From contig CBFHHO010000008.1 of assembly GCA_965655695.1 (NCBI GenBank), positions 5,045-69,044 of the forward strand: a stretch of 64,000 bases of DNA, written 5' to 3'. A model generated the notes under the pieces. That model had not been told where the DNA came from, ran no database searches, and was given only the letters and a program-made list of their open reading frames with translations. The position numbers were made by a program, and so were the translations under genes. Of this stretch, positions 57,528 to 64,000 are shown piece by piece (position 1 is the stretch's first letter; every line of letters starts with the position of its first letter). Source of the stretch: an uncultured Schleiferiaceae bacterium (lineage in GTDB: Bacteria; Bacteroidota; Bacteroidia; Flavobacteriales; Schleiferiaceae).

Positions 57528-58780
57528 AAAAGTTTGTGATCGGCGTAGTAAGTGCGCTTGTTTTGATGGCCTGTGGGTCGAAAAAAGAATTGGCTCCAGC
57601 TTGGACAACGGCCAAACCCATCGATGTTTCGGGGCAGTATGTCTATGGCGTAGGGATGAGTTATGTTAACCCGAATGCGCCCTACCAGCAGGCGGCTCGC
57701 TCGAATGCCTTAGCGGATCTTGCCCAGGAAGTGGAGAGCCAGATTTATGATGAAACTCGATTCCTGCAAAAGGAAGATGCCGGGGGGTTTGGAACTTCTT
57801 TCTCTTCAGAGACGCTGACGCGTTCGCACGTGAAATTGGAAGATTACACGCAATTGGACTCCTATTCGGACCAGTTGCGCTATTACACCCTCTACCGTTT
57901 GGACTTGCCCAAATTTCTTGAAACCAAGGCACTAGCCGACAAGCAGGCGCAAGCGTGGATCCTAGAACGTACAGAAAAAGCGCGTGCTCACGACCAGGAC
58001 CTCTCCTACCGCTGGATGCTGCTCGGAGATGCCGTAGACAAGGCCATTTCTCGCAATTTTTTAGTGGACCCAAAATTTTCTGTGCAGACTAAAAGTGTAC
58101 TGATCACCACCTTGCGCGAGATCGAACAAGACATGACGGGTGAATTTTTGATTCCTGAAACCGTGCGTTATTTAGGCCTCCCGGACCAATTCTCCGCGGC
58201 CTACCGCCCCGCAAGTCCATCGCTAGCACCACACCTACTCCTTCAAAGCAGTGCAGGAGACTTTGAGTTCAACCCGGAAAATGGTGCGGTATACTGCACG
58301 ACTACCGGCAAAGAAAACACGGTGCAACTCTCGATGGTTCTAAACGTCGAAACGCAACTTCCTTCGCTAAGTAATGTGGGGAGGAATTGGTTGAAAGAGC
58401 AGATGAATTGGTCGAATGCGACTACGTTGTACTTCCAAAACACCAATGTTCAAGTGCTTGCGCCAAAACCGCTGGCTGGTGAGATCTCTCGAAGTATAGC
58501 TGGGCGCTTTGGCACGAGCGATGATGCGCCACTACTACTGGAATTTACTGGGGAACTCAGCACTGTTCGGATGGCAAAAAATAGATACAAAGCCACGATC
58601 GATGGTCGCTTTGTGTTGCAATACAGCGGAACCAAACAAATCATTTGGACTTCGCAACGCATCCAAGACAGCGCGATTAGCGTAAGCGAGGACGCCGCTC
58701 GCAACAGTGCCTTACACACCTTTAGTGAAAACATCCACTTCTTCATTCTTCCACAACTAGAAAGGAGCTTGGGGTATTGA
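57524..58780 (+). CDS. lipoprotein with an N-terminal LPP20-like domain (function unknown)
   Basis: 418 aa with lipobox LVLMACGS. YVYGVGMSYVNPNAPYQQAARSNALADLAQEVESQIY resembles the LPP20 family core. The start overlaps the upstream stop (ATGA). Confidence 0.6.
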   Translation: MKKFVIGVVSALVLMACGSKKELAPAWTTAKPIDVSGQYVYGVGMSYVNPNAPYQQAARSNALADLAQEVESQIYDETRFLQKEDAGGFGTSFSSETLTRSHVKLEDYTQLDSYSDQLRYYTLYRLDLPKFLETKALADKQAQAWILERTEKARAHDQDLSYRWMLLGDAVDKAISRNFLVDPKFSVQTKSVLITTLREIEQDMTGEFLIPETVRYLGLPDQFSAAYRPASPSLAPHLLLQSSAGDFEFNPENGAVYCTTTGKENTVQLSMVLNVETQLPSLSNVGRNWLKEQMNWSNATTLYFQNTNVQVLAPKPLAGEISRSIAGRFGTSDDAPLLLEFTGELSTVRMAKNRYKATIDGRFVLQYSGTKQIIWTSQRIQDSAISVSEDAARNSALHTFSENIHFFILPQLERSLGY

Positions 58781-58835
58781 TATTGTTATGCGCGCATAGT
58801 ATATTTACGTAGTGCTAAACGCAACAAGACCCACT

Positions 58836-59282
58836 ATGCGTCCCGAAGAAACCTTCGATTTTCAAATCCGTAAAGGCTGGATCAGTCTTTCGAAAATGTA
58901 CAATGATCTGGTACAGCCCCACGGCATTACCACCTCAGTGGGCTTCGCATTGCTCAATATCGATGTCAAAAAGGGGACTCCTTCTACCGCTCTAGGGCCA
59001 AAGATGGGTATGGAACCCACGTCACTCTCTCGAATGCTCAAATCCATGGAGAAGCAAGGGCTTGTGTTCAAAGAAGCGAATCCGCTTGACAAGAGAAGTG
59101 TCTTGATCAAGCTCACTGAAGAAGGCGTACATAAGCGCAACCTCAGCCGTGAGGCAGTGCTTCAGTTTAACCAAGCCGTGCAAGCAGTGGTAGGTGAAGA
59201 GCAGCGTAGTACGTTTTTCGAAACGCTCGATAAGATCCAGGGAATCACACAAGAACTGCGTCTTTCGAAGGAGGAGCTATAG
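58836..59282 (+). CDS. MarR-family transcriptional regulator
   Basis: ATG at 58836, 148 aa. Winged-HTH region PSTALGPKMGMEPTSLSRMLKSMEKQGLVFKEANPLDKRSVLIKLTEEG is typical of MarR. Confidence 0.88.
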   Translation: MRPEETFDFQIRKGWISLSKMYNDLVQPHGITTSVGFALLNIDVKKGTPSTALGPKMGMEPTSLSRMLKSMEKQGLVFKEANPLDKRSVLIKLTEEGVHKRNLSREAVLQFNQAVQAVVGEEQRSTFFETLDKIQGITQELRLSKEEL

Positions 59283-59568
59283 CCTCTAGATTTACTATAC
59301 ATCCCAATTTAGCACTCGCACCTCCCCTAGCTACCTGAAAACGAAGCACTTTTAGGAAGCGGCGTTCGGAAATTGATCCTTCCACAAAAGCTATATCTCT
59401 TTAACTTTTGGAAAAAGCGACTTAAGCTAGCAGGAATAAAAAGACCCTGAAAGCCTTGATTGACAACAGTATTCCATTCATTTTCAGAAAATAAAAACGA
59501 CATCTAATTTATTTCACTCGCATTTGTGATGATTTTCTATATTGGGGTAGCCGAAGCACTGAGAACTA

Positions 59569-59600
59569 TCTTTTGCTAAATTGATATTCTTTTGCTAAAT
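59569..59600 (+). repeat. two identical 13-nt direct repeats TCTTTTGCTAAAT spaced 19 nt start-to-start, just upstream of the InsA-like gene
   Basis: Read directly: copies at 59569-59581 and 59588-59600. The second ends 24 nt before the ATG at 59625. Confidence 0.9.
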
Positions 59601-59624
59601 ACCTATACAGAACGCCAAAACAAC

Positions 59625-60050
59625 ATGTCAAAAGATCAATTCTGCCCGAAATGCCAAAGTCAAGACTACGTCAAAAGTGGCATTATCAAAGGCCGTCAGC
59701 GCTTTAAATGCAAGAACTGCAATTACTATTTCACCGTACAGAAGCTAGGGAAGCGCATTGACGATTATTACGTGACCAAAGCCCTACAGCTCTACGTTGA
59801 AGGGGTGAGTTATCGAGAAATAGAGCGCGTGCTGGGAATTTCGCACGTCAGTGTCATGAATTGGGTCAAAACCTACGGGATAAAAAGGCCACAACACAAC
59901 GACAATTACCACCCGAGCTACAAGATTCTCACGTTCGAGGAGCTTGCAAAATTCACTTCAGAAAAAGAGAACATTAAGGGCTCAGGCATGATTATCACTG
60001 AGATTGGTGATAAATTCATGCTAATCAAATGGGAACGATTCCGCAATTAA
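59625..60050 (+). CDS. IS1 InsA-like zinc-ribbon + HTH protein, orphan (no transposase catalytic ORF)
   Basis: The ATG at 59625 gives 141 aa. CPKCQSQDYVKSGIIKGRQRFKCKNCNYYF matches the InsA N-terminal Zn-ribbon pattern. LYVEGVSYREIERVLGISHVSVMNWVK is an HTH. No DDE ORF or terminal inverted repeats are evident. The surroundings are AT-rich. Confidence 0.7.
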   Translation: MSKDQFCPKCQSQDYVKSGIIKGRQRFKCKNCNYYFTVQKLGKRIDDYYVTKALQLYVEGVSYREIERVLGISHVSVMNWVKTYGIKRPQHNDNYHPSYKILTFEELAKFTSEKENIKGSGMIITEIGDKFMLIKWERFRN

Positions 60051-60189
60051 CACTGCTTTCAATAAAAGGGTAGCTATACCTCTTAACTAGAATGTATAGC
60101 CGATTTTCATAAAAAAAGGGTTTTTGGAACTTTTGAATTGGGAGACCGTGACAAGTTACCCAAATCGTTTAATCCAAAAACCCAGTTTT

Positions 60190-61419
60190 ATGAGAACAAA
60201 ACTAATCGTTGTTCTAATGCTAACGTTCGCCACCTCGGCTTTGTTTGCACAAAAGAACGCAACTCCGTACGGATCTGGACTCAAGGTGAGTCTCAATGAA
60301 GACGGAAGTAAGTACTACAGGTTCATTTCCTGGCATCAGGCCTGGTTACAAACCGACCTCAGCAATGCAGGAAATGTCACTCCTTCATTACGTCGTTCGA
60401 GAATGCTCATGTTCGCGCAACTCAACGACAGATTCCTCATCCTTACTCACTTCGGTCTAAACAGTTTGAACGCTGCAAAAATGGACCCAACCGGTCAAAG
60501 TGCCGCAGCTCAGCTTTTCATGCACGATGCATGGGCAGAGTGGAAAGTGAACAAGCACCTGTACATCGGTTCAGGTTTGCACTACTGGAACGGGATCAGC
60601 CGCCTCAACAATCAAAGTACCTTGAACATGCTTGCGCTGGACAACTCGCGTCACGCTTGGGCAACGATCGGTACCTCGGATCAGTTCGCTCGTCACATGG
60701 GGGTCTATGCAAAAGGTAAGCTCGGAAAACTAGACTACCGCCTTGCTTGGAACCAGCCGCTTTTAAACAGTGTCGATGCAAACGCAGGCCTTGCAGCTAC
60801 CACCACTACAGCGAGCTACACTGGTCGTCGCGACCTCGGTGCTTCTGCCGCTAACGTGTATGCAGGTTATGTGAACTACCAGTTTTGGGATCAGGAAAGC
60901 AACAAGCTTCCGTATTTCGTAGGAACATACTTCGGTGCGAAAGATGTATTTAACATCGGTGGTGGATTCTTCTCTCACGCAAATGGCGCAGTACTCCTAG
61001 ATGCAAACGGAGATGCGGTAGGACAGAACGTCAATATCGTAGCAGTAGATGCCTTCATGGAAAAAGGACTTGGCGAAAACGGCGCTGCGGTAACGGCCTA
61101 CGCACAATACCAGATCAACGACTACGGGGACAACTACCAGCTCGGTGGAGGTTCAGAAGACGTATTCTCTGGGAGCGTATTCTACGCACAGGCCGGCTAT
61201 GTGCTTCCTGACTTTAACGACAATGTTCGTGTGCAGCCTTACGGTAGCTTCACGGCGAAAGACATTGACGCTGCAGGAACGGCAAATACGGTTGGACTTG
61301 GTGCCAATTTCTTGATGAATGGCCACAACAGTAAACTCTCTTTAGAATTTAAAAGTACAGGAAGAACGGACGGAACGCGCGGCAACATGCTGACGGCTCA
61401 AGCCATGATCTTCCTCTAA
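60190..61419 (+). CDS. putative porin (outer-membrane beta-barrel)
   Basis: The ATG at 60190 gives MRTKLIVVLMLTFATSALFAQ (signal peptide), 409 aa. It has a beta-strand-rich alternating pattern and the terminal ...LTAQAMIFL. It is the first gene of the symporter operon. Confidence 0.65.
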   Translation: MRTKLIVVLMLTFATSALFAQKNATPYGSGLKVSLNEDGSKYYRFISWHQAWLQTDLSNAGNVTPSLRRSRMLMFAQLNDRFLILTHFGLNSLNAAKMDPTGQSAAAQLFMHDAWAEWKVNKHLYIGSGLHYWNGISRLNNQSTLNMLALDNSRHAWATIGTSDQFARHMGVYAKGKLGKLDYRLAWNQPLLNSVDANAGLAATTTTASYTGRRDLGASAANVYAGYVNYQFWDQESNKLPYFVGTYFGAKDVFNIGGGFFSHANGAVLLDANGDAVGQNVNIVAVDAFMEKGLGENGAAVTAYAQYQINDYGDNYQLGGGSEDVFSGSVFYAQAGYVLPDFNDNVRVQPYGSFTAKDIDAAGTANTVGLGANFLMNGHNSKLSLEFKSTGRTDGTRGNMLTAQAMIFL

Positions 61420-61431
61420 AATCAGTCCATT

Positions 61432-61686
61432 ATGAGCAATAAAAACATGAAAGAGTATTGGAAGAAAAACATCCGCAAGGTGTTGACTTTACTCGCAATC
61501 TGGTTCACGGTTTCCTACGGTTTTGGAATCCTATTAGTAGATGAGCTGAACGCCATCCAAATCGGCGGCTTCAAACTAGGCTTCTGGTTTGCACAGCAAG
61601 GCGCAATCTACACGTTCGTCGCCCTGATCTGGATTTACATCTTCCAGATGAATAAGCTGGACGAAGAATACGGTGTTAACGAATAA
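61432..61686 (+). CDS. DUF4212 protein (putative solute:sodium symporter small subunit)
   Basis: 84 aa with two TM helices. Sequence ...[18 protein letters not shown]... and its position directly upstream of a VC_2705-type symporter fit the family. Confidence 0.8.
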   Translation: MSNKNMKEYWKKNIRKVLTLLAIWFTVSYGFGILLVDELNAIQIGGFKLGFWFAQQGAIYTFVALIWIYIFQMNKLDEEYGVNE

Positions 61687-61697
61687 TATTTAAGACA

Positions 61698-63392
61698 ATG
61701 AGCATTTTAACTTGGACCTACATCCTTGTAGGATTAACTTTCTCCCTGTACATCGGGATTGCGATCTGGTCACGCGCCGGGTCTACAAAGGACTTTTACG
61801 TTGCAGGTGGTGGTGTTAGCCCCCTAGCAAACGGACTTGCAACCGCAGCTGACTGGATGTCGGCAGCATCGTTCATCTCTATGGCAGGACTCATCTCCTT
61901 CATGGGCTATGACGGTTCCGTCTTCTTGATGGGTTGGACCGGAGGATATGTACTCTTAGCACTCCTGCTGGCCCCCTATTTACGCAAGTTTGGAAAATTC
62001 ACGGTGCCAGATTTCATCGGTGACCGTTACTACTCGAACACCGCTCGTACGGTGGCTGTGATCGCAGCACTCTTCGTTTCATTCACTTACGTAGCTGGGC
62101 AGATGCGCGGTGTTGGTGTTGTATTCTCTCGCTTCTTAGAGGTAGACATCAATACAGGTGTGTACATCGGTATGGCGATTGTATTTTTCTACGCCGTTCT
62201 CGGTGGTATGAAAGGGATTACCTACACGCAGGTGGCGCAGTACTGTGTCTTGATCTTCGCGTTCATGGTTCCGGCCATTTTCATCTCGATCCAAATGACT
62301 GGAAATCCTATTCCTCAGCTTGGTTTTGGTGGTGACTATAACGGCATGCCAATTCTTGAAAAGCTCGACGGCCTCCATCGCGAACTCGGCTTCTCCGAAT
62401 ACACTTCGGGAAGTAAATCCACGATCGATGTCTTCTTCATCACGGCCTCTCTCATGGTCGGTACCGCAGGTCTTCCGCACGTGATCGTACGTTTCTTCAC
62501 CACACCTAAGGTAAGTGGCGCACGTAAGTCTGCAGGTTGGGCATTGCTCTTTATCGCGATTCTCTACACTACTGCTCCTGCAGTTGCTGTATTTGCACGT
62601 GTAAACTTGATCGAAACGATTTCTGAGCAGCCGCGTGAGTCGCTTCCAGAATGGGTAGACAACTGGGAAGAAACCGGTCTACTTGCTTGGGAAGATAAAA
62701 ACGGCGACGGCATCGTTCAATACGTAGCTGACGCAGAGCAAAACGAATTCACTGTAGACCGTGACATCATGGTACTTGCAAATCCAGAAATCGCTGGCCT
62801 TCCAAACTGGGTAGTTGCCCTGATCGGAGCTGGTGGTCTTGCTGCAGCCCTTTCTACCGCCGCCGGTTTATTGCTCGTGATCTCTACTTCCGTATCGCAT
62901 GATTTGTTGAAAAAGCAGATCGCACCGAATATCTCGGACAAGCAAGAGCTGATGTGGGCACGTATCGCTGCGATCATCGCAGTAGTTGTTGCAGGGTACT
63001 TCGGTATTAACCCTCCAGGGTTCGTTGCCTCGGTAGTTGCCTTGTCGTTCGGACTTGCAGCAGCATCGTTCTTCCCGGCCATCCTATTGGGGATTTTCAC
63101 CAAGAAGATGAACAAGGAAGGTGCCATCTCAGGAATGATCAGTGGTCTATTAATCACCATCTACTACATCGCACGCTTTAAGCTGCACTGGATCGGTGAT
63201 GAAGCTACTTCAGGTCCTGACAACTGGTGGTTCGGCATCTCTCCGGAAGGTTTCGGTACGATCGGTATGATTGTAAACTTCGTGATTGCCTTCACCGTAA
63301 GCAAATTCACACCTGAAACGCCACAAGACGTTCAAGAACTCGTTGAAACAATCCGTATTCCTTCAGGAGCGGGTGAAGCTTCAGCGCATTAA
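61698..63392 (+). CDS. sodium:solute symporter family transporter (VC_2705 / ActP-like subfamily)
   Basis: 564 aa with about 13 TM helices and SSS-family sequence ([33 protein letters not shown]...). It is paired with DUF4212. Confidence 0.88.
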   Translation: MSILTWTYILVGLTFSLYIGIAIWSRAGSTKDFYVAGGGVSPLANGLATAADWMSAASFISMAGLISFMGYDGSVFLMGWTGGYVLLALLLAPYLRKFGKFTVPDFIGDRYYSNTARTVAVIAALFVSFTYVAGQMRGVGVVFSRFLEVDINTGVYIGMAIVFFYAVLGGMKGITYTQVAQYCVLIFAFMVPAIFISIQMTGNPIPQLGFGGDYNGMPILEKLDGLHRELGFSEYTSGSKSTIDVFFITASLMVGTAGLPHVIVRFFTTPKVSGARKSAGWALLFIAILYTTAPAVAVFARVNLIETISEQPRESLPEWVDNWEETGLLAWEDKNGDGIVQYVADAEQNEFTVDRDIMVLANPEIAGLPNWVVALIGAGGLAAALSTAAGLLLVISTSVSHDLLKKQIAPNISDKQELMWARIAAIIAVVVAGYFGINPPGFVASVVALSFGLAAASFFPAILLGIFTKKMNKEGAISGMISGLLITIYYIARFKLHWIGDEATSGPDNWWFGISPEGFGTIGMIVNFVIAFTVSKFTPETPQDVQELVETIRIPSGAGEASAH

Positions 63393-63420
63393 ACCGCTAC
63401 ACCTTAAGTGAAGCAACTTA

Positions 63421-63456
63421 CCTCCCGGACGCAGCATCTGTGTTCGGGAGGTTTTT
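63421..63456 (+). terminator. rho-independent terminator after the symporter operon
   Basis: cctcccggacgcag-cat-ctgtgttcgggagg (14-bp stem with two G-U pairs, 3-nt loop) followed by T5. Confidence 0.85.
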
Positions 63457-63469
63457 ATCCTTATCCCCG

Positions 63470-63667
63470 ATGAGTAGAATTATTTACGTAGGAATCTTTT
63501 TCACAGCGGTCCTTGCACTGGTCTTTAACATGCCCGTGCTCAGCCTTTACAATAAAGGAACGCTGTGGCATGGAGTCCCCGTATCCTTACTTTTTCTATT
63601 CCTCTGCTGGATCCTAGTGATCCTTTTGTCGTTCAGTTTCTCACGTTATAGAAAAGCGCAACGATGA
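63470..63667 (+). CDS. small two-TM membrane protein (65 aa), translationally coupled to the downstream SLC5-like gene
   Basis: I use the ATG at 63470 because the ORF-track GTG at 63440 lies inside the terminator hairpin. Two hydrophobic helices. The stop overlaps the next ATG (ATGA at 63664-63667). Confidence 0.5.
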   Translation: MSRIIYVGIFFTAVLALVFNMPVLSLYNKGTLWHGVPVSLLFLFLCWILVILLSFSFSRYRKAQR

Positions 63668-64000
63668 ATGCGATCAGTGTCATAGCGCTCACCAGCTGTT
63701 ACCTCGGCCTACTGTTCTTAGTAGCGCGGTGGGGGAAGGGCCTTGGACGCCTACTTATCGAGAAGTACAGCAGTTACTTCTACGGTTTGGGGCTCGGCGT
63801 GTACGCGACTGCATGGACGTTTTACGGAAGTATCGGCCGTGCGGCAACGAATGGACTTGACTTTCTCGCCATTTATATCGGACCGGTATTGTTCCTTCCC
63901 GTATGGTGGTTTGTCATGAAAAAAGTCGTTCGCATTTCTAAGGCGCAACATTTGAATTCACTCTCAGATTTCATCACGGCCCGCTATGGAAAGAGCTGGT
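63664..64000 (+). CDS. sodium:solute-symporter (SLC5)-type membrane domain protein, N-terminal fragment; possibly the sensor domain of a CbrA/CrbS-like histidine kinase
   Basis: Not in the ORF track because it runs off the window. The ATG at 63664 reads MNAISVIALTSCYLGLLFLVARWG...GVYATAWTFYGSIGRAATNGLDFLAIYIGPVLF...SDFITARYGKSW. The AWTFYGSIGRAA...YIGP segment resembles the N-termini of SLC5-domain sensor kinases. The kinase part, if any, is outside the window. Confidence 0.55.
   Translation, partial: MNAISVIALTSCYLGLLFLVARWGKGLGRLLIEKYSSYFYGLGLGVYATAWTFYGSIGRAATNGLDFLAIYIGPVLFLPVWWFVMKKVVRISKAQHLNSLSDFITARYGKSW

Noticed and set aside
59342-59560. 9-mer CGAAGCACT repeated 210 nt apart in the MarR/InsA-like spacer
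   Set aside because: The expected number of chance 9-mer repeats in a roughly 340-nt region is about 0.2, and there is no surrounding similarity. This is not convincing.
59625-60050. Possibility that the InsA-like gene marks an intact IS1-family insertion sequence
   Set aside because: There is no DDE/InsB ORF in any frame downstream, because the porin gene follows after 139 nt. I found no frameshift-prone A-run leading to another frame and no terminal inverted repeats. The flanking 7-8-mer direct matches (gggtagc, aacttttg) are at chance level.
1-64000. Search for rRNA, tRNA, tmRNA, CRISPR arrays, integrases, toxin-antitoxin pairs or known defence-system signatures
   Set aside because: None was seen. 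Every sizeable non-coding gap (768-861, 17545-17787, 22744-22902, 24614-24728, 48181-48306, 54492-54608, 59283-59624, 60051-60189) was read. These gaps contain only terminators and promoter-like or repeat elements, as listed above. A covariance-model scan (Infernal/tRNAscan) would be needed to exclude small ncRNAs.

Overview
The window is a chromosomal core region of a Bacteroidota genome that looks Flavobacteriia-like. Evidence for that placement: a T9SS C-terminal sorting domain, a PorQ-like gene, a DUF4290-murA pair, a ddl<>PASTA-rluD arrangement, TAnnTTTG-type promoter boxes, A-rich leaders without Shine-Dalgarno sequences, and type-B (zinc-independent) L36. Bases 1-17544 on the minus strand hold the 5' part of carA, then the complete str/S10/spc/alpha ribosomal superoperon (rpsL-rpsG-fusA-rpsJ...secY-infA-rpmJ-rpsM-rpsK-rpsD-rpoA-rplQ). 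I translated two short genes missing from the ORF track by hand: rpmJ at 3791-3907 and rpmD at 5932-6111. The rest is mostly housekeeping. It includes a UvrD/PcrA-type helicase, DUF4290-murA, a TlpA-like redoxin, grpE-dnaJ, an ABC-2 exporter pair, MscS, a sigma-54 enhancer-binding response regulator, a MATE pump, an M3 peptidase and a Cu+-ATPase with an HMA chaperone and a GT4. It also includes a tight minus-strand operon (PASTA, T9SS cargo, rluD, di-heme peroxidase, YdeI), then ddl, coaD, a NUDIX gene, pyrE, birA, rsfS-ftsH, LUD-cdsA-psd, cmk-porQ-lon and yaaA. The 3' end carries two coupled lipoprotein genes, a MarR regulator, an orphan IS1-InsA-like Zn-ribbon/HTH gene, and a porin-DUF4212-sodium:solute symporter operon. 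That operon is followed by a small membrane ORF coupled to an SLC5-type sensor-like gene that is cut by the window end. I found no rRNA, tRNA, CRISPR array, intact mobile element or recognisable defence island. The most interesting signals are regulatory. Four sigma-54-type -24/-12-like elements sit correctly oriented upstream of grpE-dnaJ, rsfS-ftsH and two LPP20/CsgG-like lipoprotein loci, and the same window encodes an orphan sigma-54 activator with no DNA-binding domain. Also notable are the uncharacterised coupled lipoprotein pair (56154-58780) and the transporter/sensor locus with the orphan InsA-like gene at the 3' end. All functional calls come from reading the translations and motifs. 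No database search was run.
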